This document shows positions 12,799-23,559 of a stretch of 38,604 bases of DNA, one piece after another. The notes under the pieces were generated by a model, which saw only the letters and a program-made list of their open reading frames with translations, ran no database searches and was not told the origin of the DNA. The stretch is from contig NC_068985.1 of NCBI RefSeq assembly GCF_001194135.2, forward strand, positions 29,699,203 through 29,737,806. The letters run 5' to 3'. The position numbers and the translations under genes are program-made. Numbering within the stretch: the first letter of the stretch is position 1; each line of letters begins with the position of its first letter. Source of the DNA: Octopus bimaculoides (Eukaryota).

Positions 12799-13045
12799 NN
12801 NNNNNNNNNNNNNNNNNNNNNNNNNNNNNNNNNNNNNNNNNNNNNNNNNNNNNNNNNNNNNNNNNNNNNNNNNNNNNNNNNNNNNNNNNNNNNNNNNNNN
12901 NNNNNNNNNNNNNNNNNNNNNNNNNNNNNNNNNNNNNNNNNNNNNNNNNNNNNNNNNNNNNNNNNNNNNNNNNNNNNNNNNNNNNNNNNNNNNNNNNNNN
13001 NNNNNNNNNNNNNNNNNNNNNNNNNNNNNNNNNNNNNNNNNNNNN
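12799..13045. other. Assembly gap (TA/TG repeats on its right flank)
   Basis: N run. Confidence 0.99.
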
Positions 13046-13600
13046 TATATATATACATACATGTGTGTGTGTGTTACTTTGTGTATGTGTGTATTACTTT
13101 ATGTGTGTGTGTGTGTGTGTGTGTTACTTTGTGTGTATATGTGTTTGTGTATGTTCCTTTATATACATACATCTACTCACACAGAATATCATTATATAAC
13201 ATAGACATACTTATGTCTGTATATACACACATATGCTTAGTGCCTGTTGTTACTGATGTCTTTGAAGTTGAGGGGACACAAGACCATTGTATGGATGTTG
13301 GCTCTATAAGAGACCGAATGTTAGCCAGCATGTGCAGACTGATTTGCTGGATTCTGGCTGCACTGCACCTAAACTGATAGTGTCATGAATAAAAAGCATG
13401 CAAAAATAGTAAAATGGTACAGTGTTGCTCCAATCTGTAACAAAATACAGGAAGCCCATCTGTGCTGGTACAACCTCATACTGGCCCAGGACATACATGC
13501 TGTTGGTGTGAATCTTTTAAGACTCTATAGATTGTATAAAATAGTGGAAGAAATTTAAACAGGCAAAATAAATGCCAGGACAGGTAAAAAAAATTACTTG

Positions 13601-13732
13601 CATACTATGGTTTCCAGGTATTTGGACATAGTTATCTTCAGCAGATTTTTGTATGCTTTTTCAACTACTGCAAAATTCTGCTGAAGATTGGAGTGCCTAA
13701 ATACCTGAACCTTATCATGAAATCATAGTATG
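13601..13732. repeat. Long imperfect palindrome, probable TA-flanked Tc1/mariner-type MITE
   Basis: Three nested arm pairs: 13601-13614/13719-13732 (13 of 14), 13615-13628/13694-13707 (12 of 14) and 13634-13651/13671-13688 (17 of 18). TA occurs at 13603-13604 and 13729-13730. Confidence 0.75.
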
Positions 13733-13969
13733 GAAATAACTACAGACACGATACGCACACACATTCACATACTATGTTCTGAGTATTCAGTACTTCAGTA
13801 TTTTATTACACACACATACCCACTTATTCCTAACCTGCTTTTTTAGACCATATATATATTTTTGTTGTGGTGTGTTGTATGTGCATGAGAGCATATGTAC
13901 TCATATAACTGAAGTTTATTGAAACATATAAGCAAATACAGACACCCAGGCATTAATCTATACTTGTGT

Positions 13970-14005
<36 letters not shown>

Positions 14006-14178
14006 TCTGTGTTACAAAAGGCCATGGGTTTTGAATATCTTAAAAAAAAGATTGTGTTTGTATAGGGCTATGTATAAGAAAAAATGGATGCACATGCACA
14101 TAGGGAAATGCACTCACACACCCATGCCAAATGTATTTATATGTATATATCTGGGTGACTGCTTTTGTAAAATAAAGG

Positions 14179-14533
14179 NNNNNNNNNNNNNNNNNNNNNN
14201 NNNNNNNNNNNNNNNNNNNNNNNNNNNNNNNNNNNNNNNNNNNNNNNNNNNNNNNNNNNNNNNNNNNNNNNNNNNNNNNNNNNNNNNNNNNNNNNNNNNN
14301 NNNNNNNNNNNNNNNNNNNNNNNNNNNNNNNNNNNNNNNNNNNNNNNNNNNNNNNNNNNNNNNNNNNNNNNNNNNNNNNNNNNNNNNNNNNNNNNNNNNN
14401 NNNNNNNNNNNNNNNNNNNNNNNNNNNNNNNNNNNNNNNNNNNNNNNNNNNNNNNNNNNNNNNNNNNNNNNNNNNNNNNNNNNNNNNNNNNNNNNNNNNN
14501 NNNNNNNNNNNNNNNNNNNNNNNNNNNNNNNNN
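14179..14533. other. Assembly gap
   Basis: N run. Confidence 0.99.
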
Positions 14534-15794
14534 CACATCTGTTTAGTGTTTACTGTCAGAAGAGTACTTGATACTAAACTAGAGATTAATATTTTTATTT
14601 TGGTTGAATCAGTTTCTTGCTACTCTGAGTTTCACTTGTGGATACACAGGGTCGTCAGGCAAGACACACACACACAAAAATTAAAAGGCAACTGTTCATT
14701 TTATTTTCTGTCTTCATTTTAACCATATCAGTATGTTTATGTGCCTGTATATTATACAGCAGGTTTTTATAAATAAAAGCTTGCTTTTGTTTTTGTATGT
14801 TTTTTCCTGATCCTTCCCCCCTTTATTCTTCCCTGCCTTCCTCTACACTAAATTCAAATTGTATTATAATTAACCTCTTTATTCTTAATTATTTATTTGT
14901 ACATTTAAAACAAGAAAAAAAAACCAAAAATGAAGAGAAACAACAGAAGTAAACAAATAAATAAATACAGTAAAAAATTAATAAATAAAACAGTTTTTTT
15001 TTATTGAATCATTGCATCAATATTGCATCAGAATGAGAATTAATTTTGAAGTATGTTATATCACATATGCAACACAGGCATTTATCACATGTAATATGGA
15101 TATTAGTTATGTTAACTGCGATATTGACAGTGTTGCTATGCAATATTAACCGTGTTGTCATATATTACAGATGTATATTAATTGTGTAATCTTCATTTCA
15201 AACATGGACACAGAACCATTAATGTCTGTGGGGGTGAGAGATAGTCATTTATACACTGGTACCTATTTTGTCACTCTTCAAGAAAGATGAGAATAAAGTT
15301 GAACCTTACTAGGACTTCAATTCAAAATGTAAACGGTTTTAACTAAATACTGCATACTGTAATTCTGTCCAACAGCTGCCTTAAAGTTTTGTGATACTAA
15401 CTCTGCTGTATGTAAAATTGAATTCTTACATTGGCACAGTGCCAAGGTCATAGATTTGAGAGGGAGAGGTGTTGTTAGGCATATTGCCTTGACTGGAAAC
15501 AAGAATGGTTAAGTTGACCAAGGTAGGGTGTGAACTTGAAATATAAAGGGATGTTCTGCAATGCATTTTGTTCAGTAGTTGACTTTTCCTACTAATCGCT
15601 GCTCAAATGATTATATAACACTGACTGTATTTACTTTACCTTTTTTTGTGATCATATTTGAACCAAAATACTCAGTGTTTTTCTATTAATTTTCAAAATA
15701 AGATTCTAAAGTGGGAATTTATAAAATAGCTAACATTTAAAAAAATTATTGGTCAGAACACAAGACATTTTTGTGTAATAAGCTGTCACGGAAT

Positions 15795-15886
15795 TTTGTC
15801 ATGGTAACAGATTGGATCTCAGATTGGAGAGTGCAAAACGTGTTTAAGGTTGCTATAGACCTCCATCATCCAGTGTCCATGGAAAA
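15795..15886. promoter_or_regulatory. Candidate promoter: RFX X-box-like motifs plus two inverted CCAAT boxes
   Basis: TTTGTCATGGTAAC (15795-15808), CAGATTGGA twice (ATTGG at 15811 and 15823), GTTGCTATAGACC (15849-15861) and GTGTCCATGGAAAA (15873-15886). The cluster sits at the CpG-density transition. Confidence 0.5.
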
Positions 15887-16723
15887 TACTTAACTTGACT
15901 TTGAGCAGTGAGACAGTTCCGATTTATTTGTGTAGAAGTCTATAGGCACTAAAAATTTTCTTAGAAAGAAAAATGTGTTAAAGACTTTCAAACCATTACC
16001 ATCTTTTCTTTCTAAGATATACAGTGAGATTTGATTGCTAACTCAAGTAGGTCGAGAGATCATTGACTTTACACGGTTGAAACTGGTAGTGAAAATGAAC
16101 AATTATTTCAGAAATAATTTCAGTAAATAAAACAGAAATCAAGAGGAGATAACTTCACTGTTATTGCAAGAGTTTCTATTTTCTGTTTCTCTCAATGCTA
16201 TGAGTAGTTTTTGGAAATACTTTTAGGATTACGAACAAACAGAAAACGGGGAGAAAAGGGGAGTGGGTTAAAATACGGAAAATTGTAATGAAACTACAAT
16301 TCACGAATTAACAATTGGTAAATGTTACTATCAGCGATCTACAAGTGGGATTTCAATATTTGAGGAGGATTTTTGTTCTTGAATAAACAATTTGGAGAAT
16401 TTATAGGCATCCTTGAAAATTAAGATGGCTTGGCTTCCTTCACAGTTTTGTATGTTGGCAAACTTTTTACAACGAGCAGGGAGATCATGGGTTCAGCTTT
16501 GCATTTCATCCTTTCAAGTTCAATGAAATGAATACCTGCTATATACTGATGCCAATTGCACCACTCATATCATATGTTATTTTGTCAATGTCTCAAAAAA
16601 TTAACAGAATTTAATTGCTGCTCATTGCATTCGTTGTTGCCGCATTTTTCTCAATATCAGTTAATTCTTTCAAAAGTCCTCAGTTTAATGTCAATAGGTC
16701 CCGTAGTATTATAAAGTTACATA

Positions 16724-16750
<27 letters not shown>

Positions 16751-16758
<8 letters not shown>

Positions 16759-16832
16759 TTTTGTTATTTACACCACCTGTCCTCGAGCGTCATACTAATA
16801 TATACTTTTGTTATTTACACCACCTGTCCTCG
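16751..16832. repeat. 35-bp exact direct repeat (period 47) between two (TA)n tracts
   Basis: ATATATACTTTTGTTATTTACACCACCTGTCCTCG at 16751-16785 and 16798-16832. Confidence 0.92.
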
Positions 16833-17184
16833 TCTGTTGTTATTTTTTGTATATTCTCCCATATATATATATATATATATATAAAGAGTCTGTGAGACGT
16901 GTTAGCTGACTCAGTTGACGGAATTTTTGTACAATCTTCCGATCTCCTAGAAATAGCACTCACCTCTTTTAGATCCTATCCTAATATCTTAAAAAAGAAG
17001 GACATGTTGAATAATGTCGTCCATAACACATTATTTAAACAACGGCTGGAAGTTTTTTTTCTTTTTTTTTTTTTTTTTGGGCACGTTTTACTGCTTACAC
17101 TCGAGTTAGCTTTAATTGAACAGACTTATAATCAAATGTGTTGCAGCGATACCCCTATCGTTTCATTATCCAATGAATCCTGAT

Positions 17185-17270
17185 ATAAATAAGTTGGTGC
17201 AGTGTGATTGAAAGATTTGGCTGCTATTTCTAGTTGATCAAATGATCACGTCGGTACTTCAAGGGTTAAT
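17185..17270 (+). mobile_element. SINE-like dispersed repeat fragment (second copy at ~37315-37385)
   Basis: GTGTGATTGAAAGATTTGGCTGCTATTTCTAG..GATCACGT aligns with GTGTGATTTGAAATTTAGTTGCTTTATCTAGCAGATCACGT. Confidence 0.6.
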
Positions 17271-19289
17271 GGAAACTAGTTCTCAGTTTACTTCTGTAAC
17301 GTCTCAGCTTTCTTTTCCCATCAAACACGTTTATTAAGAAGTGTATTTGTGATCAGTGCCAATGGTTCACATGCAATACAGATTTTGGGCGTTGCATACT
17401 ACGTCTCAAATGAAGTTTAAAGTAAAAATATGACAATGAAATTAGGGATAGAGAGCGAAAGCGTATTGATATAATTAAGGCCAGTGCGTGTATTTAGTTG
17501 ATATACCTGTTAATGTAATTCTATGTACCTTTAAGTTCACTACTGTCATAATCTTTGGAGTTTAACAACTCTCAACTTTAACCAGACGGTTTTTCACATG
17601 CTGATCAATCATTTAATTTTCAAACATAATGACAAGAATTTAGAGAAGGGAGATAATTCCAGGTGTTTAATGTGAATGCTTTGTGAAATAAATGAAAGAT
17701 CACTTTTAACATCAAAAATATTTTCTTTTAGGGAAATAAAATATTCATAGAATAAAAATAAAAGCTTAATTTATTTGTGTGTGCATATTAACATATGCAT
17801 CCAGTATTTTGCATGAGAACTTACTTTTAATAAGTCAATGTTTATCTATTACGTTGAATCTACAAACTAAACTCTAAAACGAATTAGAAGGGAAGTTTTA
17901 TTTATTTTTTTTAAACAAATGGTTGAAGATGTTTTCATGGCTACTAATTGTTGAAAAAGTCATTTATTGGAACTCATAATTTATTGAGTCACAGGGACAG
18001 CTCAGAAAACGTTATTGTCCTGTTGCTTTTATCTAGAGTACGTGATCTCGGGATTAGGGACCATCCACCTCTAAGTTAAACTAATGGGAGAAGAGTTGAG
18101 GTCAGTACTACCAGCTATCATTTGAACTTAAGTACTTAACTGCACTATCTTGTGATGCCTACTTGTGATAACTATATGAACTGGGCTGTTTGGTTAAATT
18201 AGTTGACTAGAACATCAATCGTTAGTAACAATATTAACTACTGACACCTCTTATCGATAACACAGCATTTTGTTCAAATTATGCACACACAGACACGCAC
18301 GTGTGTGTTAGTAATTTGATGAAGACTCCCCCCCCCCTATTAATAGTTTGATTCAATGCAGATCCTATTTCATCCTTAGCTTCCGAGTGGAATCTTCAAA
18401 TATGGTATATGCAATGAAGTTCAATAAAATTACTTGAAAATTTATATTTGTACATCAATTATTGATTTATTTCAGTTTGAACATGTAATTTATGGGAGTT
18501 TTGTTGATGCAGTTGTTTTTATAGCTAGATAAAATGCTCTTCTCGATATTAATAATTGAATCTTAATAATAAATTATGAAAAAATTTCATCTGTGGTATA
18601 CTACGAGAGTAAGCTGGGTTATGCCCCTTGTCGGATAATAGAGATGATGTGCTGAACTCGACGGATGTATTGAGAAGTTTTAAACATTTGATTCTGCCTT
18701 TTGGCCAGTAATTTAGTTAGTGTTAACACATTCAATGCATGAGGCATTAAAATGAAACAAGAAACAATTATCTGATGGGGGGGGGGACAAACAACGAAAA
18801 GATCAAAAGTTAATGGTATGGCTGATGACTGTGGACGTATTTTCGTATCATTTTTGACCTTAGGCAAATACTATGAGGAATATTTTTTGCTAAGGTTACG
18901 TTAAAAGTGAAACATGTATGGGGAGGCCTGCTGTACCTGTACGAAAACAATATTAGCCCTTGAAAATATTTTTTCATCACCACATATTATTTCTAGTTAA
19001 TTTTTTAGTGCTCTCAGTACTAAATATGTTAAGACGAATTTAACCAGAGTTTTACACGTGAATGGCATCTGTAAATGATATAGTCCAGTATCTTAGTATA
19101 CCAGCGTGTCTGTTTCTGTTCATTAATTAAAATAAAGTGGTAGCCGGCCTTTGCATCCTGTTATTTTAAAATAAATGTTTCTTTTTATTTTAGTTGCAAT
19201 TTTTAATTTTATAAATTATTTTATGTAAATACACTTTCAACCACATCCCCCCCCCCCCGTAAGTAAACTGTTTTACCTCTCAGACAGAA

Positions 19290-19315
19290 ATCTTTCCCAT
19301 CTTTGTATTTCACAG
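19290..19315 (+). promoter_or_regulatory. Probable 3' splice acceptor preceding the zinc-finger coding exon
   Basis: ATCTTTCCCATCTTTGTATTTCACAG|G is a strong polypyrimidine tract plus CAG (AG at 19314-19315). Confidence 0.55.
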
Positions 19316-19694
19316 GTGCAACTTCCTCTGATTTTTCTTCTTCAATCCCGAAGCGCTGTCAAATGCTGTTATGGAATTTGCTGCTGTAATATCTGGACTG
19401 ACTTAGCTGTAGCTGTTGTTGTTGTTGCTGCTGCAGCGTTGAAGAAAACTTAGTTTGGGGTCAACATATACAGAGATATTCTTAAACATTGTAGTTGTTG
19501 GGGATAATACAAATACAGACGAATCTTTATTCATTTAAACTAAAATAGTGATTTTTTTTAAAACAGTAATAATAATCCTAAACAAAGCTATAGAAAGTTG
19601 CACAGCAATAGTTCCAATTTTTTTTTGTACATGTAAGGAAGAACATGTTTTGTACATTTGCATTTTTAAATATAGACTTTGCAGTAACAACCAT

Positions 19695-21953
19695 ATGAGC
19701 ACCATGGCAAAACATTCTTTATCTCGAAAAGCAAGCAAACAAAAGAACACCAACGTTGATTACGTCCTTCCTCCAACCCGAGGAGAATCTAGTCACCCTT
19801 CTCCACCATCAGCTTTGGACACCAGTATGCACCAGAAGACGTCAGTTTCTCACTCAGTTCCAAACATGTCATCGCTGAGTCTTGGGGAGGCGACCATTCA
19901 AGACAAAATATCGTCTTTACCCAAGAACAAGTTAATGATAAAAGTGAAAGAGGAACTAGAATGTTCAGAATGCCAGAAAACATTTACACAACGGAAACTC
20001 CTGAAAGAGCACATGAAAACACATGTGAGCGAGAAATCCAACGAATGCTTGATTTGTAACAAGGCTTTCAAGAGTTTAGGTGAACTAACCAAGCATCTGA
20101 AAACACACTCGAAGGGTAATTCCTCTAAGAAGAATTCAGATTTCACCCAGTTCTTGTCCACAATTCTTTCTCAAGGCTTAAACTCTTTTGAATGCCCAAT
20201 TTGCCTGAAAGGTTTTTCTCAGGCTAGTTCTCTGACAACCCATCTCAAGGTTCACACGGGTGAACACAACTTTCAGTGTCATATATGCAAGAAGACATTC
20301 ATGCAGTCAAGTCACTTAGCAGGCCACCTGAAAGTGCACACCGGTGAGAAGCCGTACAGCTGCGATTACTGTAAGAAACAGTTTGCTCATTCTGGTAACC
20401 TAACGAAACATCTGAGAGTCCACACAGGAGAACGTCCGTTTAAATGTGACCGCTGCCCCAAGTCATTTTCCCAGTCAAATTCTTTAGCTGTGCACCTCAG
20501 AATCCACACTGGTGAGAAACCATTCAAGTGTAACCACTGTGAGAAATCATTTTCTCGGGCTAATTACCTGGCTATACACATGACTGTGCATACAGGAGAC
20601 AAAAACTTCCAGTGCAGGTTATGTAACAAGTTATTTGCACAATCATGCCACTTGACTGAACACTTTAAAATCCATACAGGTGAAAAACCCTTCAAATGTA
20701 AATACTGTCAAAAGAATTTTGCACAATCGGGTAATTTGACCAAACATCTTCGGGTCCACACGGGCGAAAAACCATACAGGTGCCCACAATGCTCGAAAGC
20801 GTTCTCTCAGTCTAACTCTTTAACGGCACATCTTCGCATCCATTCCGGTGAGAAGCCGTACGAATGTAAGTACTGTCTCAAACTGTTCTCTCGGTCTGGC
20901 TATCTGCGTGCCCATCTCAAGGTCCACGTAGCGGAAGGATTATTGCCTGCTTCAGCACTGGAATCATCGCGTAGTCAGCAAACTGCTGCAGTTTCTTACG
21001 ATGTGCCTTTATTGCAACAAGACTATAACCAAAAACCGCAACAGACTTTGCCTTCCAAACAGAAAATGCCACGAGGTAGGGGGAAAGGTCGTGGACGAGG
21101 TCGCGGTTCTGGTCGGGGTCGGAGCAGAGGTCGAGCAATGAAATCAGGCAGTACAAGGAAACAGGCAAAACCTCTCCCTGCTGATATGACAGGTTCTCAT
21201 ATACAGGACGTAGAACAAGTTACACGCCGTCAACAGCAGAACAACAATGGTTACAGCAAACGTAATGCGACCGTAATCTATTCTGCTACTCAATCATCTT
21301 CCAGTGCCGTGAAAGAGGAGAGAATGGAGATGGAAAGAGAAGAGGACCATAGCCCAAATCGTTCCGTGTCCTCTTACGATGGTAGTTCCTGTTCTGTGGG
21401 ACAAAACTCGGTAGATGACGCATCACAGGAGGGAAGCGTGTATTCCGAGGCTTCTCGCGGAAGTTACGATGATGATCAGGGGAACGAAGATGATGGAAGA
21501 CAGATGGAAGTCGTCAGTGGAGGAGAAGAAGAATATGAAGAGGAAGAAGAAGAAGAAGACGATGGACAAGTAGAAGGAGGAGACGAAGAAGCTGATCAAG
21601 AAGACGAGGAGGAAGAAGGGAACAGCACCTCCGACATATCAGACAATGGCAGTGATGAAGAAGCTGATCAGAGGGCTCCTCACATCGCTTCGGTTATTAG
21701 GCGGGGTAGGAAGGGCTCACGATTCATAGAAAAGAGACCGACCTTATCAGATTACTACAGACAAGCTGTTGACAAACAGGCAGTACCCAGGCATCAGATA
21801 TCACAACATGGAGCTGTATGCATGGAGCCGGCTAGGAGCAAGATTCAGGCGTTCGGACATCCAGTAGATCCAAATCACAGCGCAACACGAGGCCCAGAGC
21901 TTCTGAAGCCAACACCCTTGAATGCCCCCAAAAAGAGAGGCCATAGACGTTAA
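19695..21953 (+). CDS. C2H2 (Kruppel-type) zinc-finger protein, 11 fingers, with RG-rich, acidic and basic C-terminal tail (752 aa from first ATG)
   Basis: Uninterrupted ORF with 11 CX2C-X12-HX3H fingers at 19962-20927 (2 isolated plus 9 tandem with TGEKP-type linkers). First ATG is at 19695; the second ATG at 19704 has a strong ACCATGG context. The track start at 19548 is a GTG in AT-rich sequence. No KRAB, BTB or ZAD domain is recognisable. Confidence 0.93.
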   Translation: MSTMAKHSLSRKASKQKNTNVDYVLPPTRGESSHPSPPSALDTSMHQKTSVSHSVPNMSSLSLGEATIQDKISSLPKNKLMIKVKEELECSECQKTFTQRKLLKEHMKTHVSEKSNECLICNKAFKSLGELTKHLKTHSKGNSSKKNSDFTQFLSTILSQGLNSFECPICLKGFSQASSLTTHLKVHTGEHNFQCHICKKTFMQSSHLAGHLKVHTGEKPYSCDYCKKQFAHSGNLTKHLRVHTGERPFKCDRCPKSFSQSNSLAVHLRIHTGEKPFKCNHCEKSFSRANYLAIHMTVHTGDKNFQCRLCNKLFAQSCHLTEHFKIHTGEKPFKCKYCQKNFAQSGNLTKHLRVHTGEKPYRCPQCSKAFSQSNSLTAHLRIHSGEKPYECKYCLKLFSRSGYLRAHLKVHVAEGLLPASALESSRSQQTAAVSYDVPLLQQDYNQKPQQTLPSKQKMPRGRGKGRGRGRGSGRGRSRGRAMKSGSTRKQAKPLPADMTGSHIQDVEQVTRRQQQNNNGYSKRNATVIYSATQSSSSAVKEERMEMEREEDHSPNRSVSSYDGSSCSVGQNSVDDASQEGSVYSEASRGSYDDDQGNEDDGRQMEVVSGGEEEYEEEEEEEDDGQVEGGDEEADQEDEEEEGNSTSDISDNGSDEEADQRAPHIASVIRRGRKGSRFIEKRPTLSDYYRQAVDKQAVPRHQISQHGAVCMEPARSKIQAFGHPVDPNHSATRGPELLKPTPLNAPKKRGHRR

Positions 21954-22026
21954 AACAAAGAAAAAACTTGACCGAAGGTTTTTTTAAACATCCTTTTAAC
22001 GTTATTTTTGTTTTGTTTTTGTCCTA

Positions 22027-22047
22027 TCTCTCTCTCTCTCTCTCTCT
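22027..22047. repeat. (TC)n microsatellite in the presumptive 3' UTR
   Basis: Read directly. Confidence 0.9.
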
Positions 22048-22351
22048 TTATTTTTTGTAGTCTTTATTGAAGATATGTATGTATAAGAAAATGTGTATGT
22101 GTGTGTTTATAAGCTCTAGCATGTATGAAAGGAATTAAAAAGAATCAATTTATTTTTACCATTCTTTGATTTTTCTTGTTTCTAAAAACATACGAACTTA
22201 TTTTCCATCATTATTTTCTTCTATTAACACTTCATGAATTAATTTTCTCACCCACATATTATTCATGTAAAACATGGCTAATTGAACATTAAAAGAAAAA
22301 AAAGAAAACGATTAAAAAAAAATCACGTGTTATTGTTATTATTTAAAGGTT

Positions 22352-22548
22352 AGTGAAGTGACTGAGTCGTTAGAGCGTCGGACAAAATGGCTTACGGTAT
22401 TTAGTTTGACGCTTTACGTTCTGAGTTCAAATCCCGACGAGGTTAACTTTACCTTTCATCCTTCTGGGATAGAAAATATATTGTACCAGTCGACTAAACC
22501 CGCCCCTATTAAAATTACTGGCCTTGCGCCTATATTAGAAATTATTAG
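22352..22548 (+). mobile_element. tRNA-derived SINE, copy 1 of tandem stack
   Basis: A-box-like GTGACTGAGTCGTTAG, B-box GAGTTCAAATCC, core GAGGTTAACTTTACCTTTCATCC and tail GGCCTTGCGCCTATATTAGAAATTATT. Confidence 0.85.
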
Positions 22549-22555
22549 GAATGCG

Positions 22556-22775
22556 AAAGGCGGTGAGCTGGCAGAATCGTTAGCACGTCGGGAAAAATAC
22601 GTAGCGGGATTTCGTTCGTCTTTACGTTCTGAGTTCAAATTCTGCCGAGGTCGACTTTGCTTTTCATCCTTTCAGGAGCGATAAAATAAGTACCAATTGA
22701 GTACTGGAGTCGATGTATTCGATTTACTCCTTCCCCGGAATTGCTAGCCTTGTACCAACATTTGAAATCTTTATT
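22556..22775 (+). mobile_element. tRNA-derived SINE, copy 2 (near full length)
   Basis: GGCGGTGAGCTGGCAGAATCGTTAG (A box), GAGTTCAAATTC (B box), GAGGTCGACTTTGCTTTTCATCC, GATAAAATAAGTACC and tail CCTTGTACCAACATTTGAAA. Confidence 0.9.
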
Positions 22776-22784
22776 CGGAAGGCG

Positions 22785-22920
22785 ACGAAATATGCTTCGC
22801 AGAATTTCTTCTGGCTTTTTACGTTTTGAGTTCAAATACTGCCGAAGTCAGTAGTTTTGCCTTTCATCCTTTCACCAGTTGATCACTGAGGTCGACGTAA
22901 TCGACTTGTCCCTTCCCTTC
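22785..22920 (+). mobile_element. tRNA-derived SINE, copy 3 (cut by gap)
   Basis: TTACGTTTTGAGTTCAAATACTGCCGAAGTC..TTTGCCTTTCATCC..GTCGACGTAATCGAC. Confidence 0.85.
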
Positions 22921-23185
22921 NNNNNNNNNNNNNNNNNNNNNNNNNNNNNNNNNNNNNNNNNNNNNNNNNNNNNNNNNNNNNNNNNNNNNNNNNNNNNNNN
23001 NNNNNNNNNNNNNNNNNNNNNNNNNNNNNNNNNNNNNNNNNNNNNNNNNNNNNNNNNNNNNNNNNNNNNNNNNNNNNNNNNNNNNNNNNNNNNNNNNNNN
23101 NNNNNNNNNNNNNNNNNNNNNNNNNNNNNNNNNNNNNNNNNNNNNNNNNNNNNNNNNNNNNNNNNNNNNNNNNNNNNNNNNNNNN
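22921..23185. other. Assembly gap
   Basis: N run. Confidence 0.99.
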
Positions 23186-23202
23186 CATATGTTAGAAATT
23201 AA

Positions 23203-23403
23203 AGGGTGATAAACTTGCAGAATCAATAGTCAGACAAAATATTTTGCGGCATTTGTTCCGGGTCTTTACGTGTTGAGTTCAAACTTGCCCTCCATCCTTC
23301 TCGGTGTGAAAGTCAATAAAATAAAGTACCAGTGAATTCTAGAATCAATATAATCGACTAACCTCCTTCCTTCAAATTCCTGATATTGTGTCTAGATTAA
23401 AAA
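23203..23403 (+). mobile_element. tRNA-derived SINE, copy 4
   Basis: TTGCAGAATCAATAG, TTTACGTGTTGAGTTCAAAC, AATAAAATAAAGTACCAG and TAATCGAC. Confidence 0.8.
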
Positions 23404-23559
23404 TAATTTTTATTGCTGCTGGTGGCAGAGTTCGTGAGAAACCAGACAATATATCTTGTATTTTAGTTCCATCCCCAAAACTTTTGAGTGGCAATAAAAT
23501 TTCCTTCTGAGCTGCATTTGCAACTAGGTTTCAGTTCCTGTTTGTAGCTAAGCCAGTTC

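Noticed and set aside
16293-16304. ZNF143/THAP11 ACTACAnnTCCCA promoter motif
   Set aside because: Only the ACTACAAT half matches (TCAC instead of TCCC), which is insufficient alone.
19548-19694. N-terminal 49 codons of the 801-aa ORF
   Set aside because: It begins at GTG in AT-rich, low-complexity sequence; the ATGs at 19695/19704 are the credible starts.
22358-22835. ORFs of 60-108 aa downstream of the ZNF
   Set aside because: They lie entirely within SINE copies.
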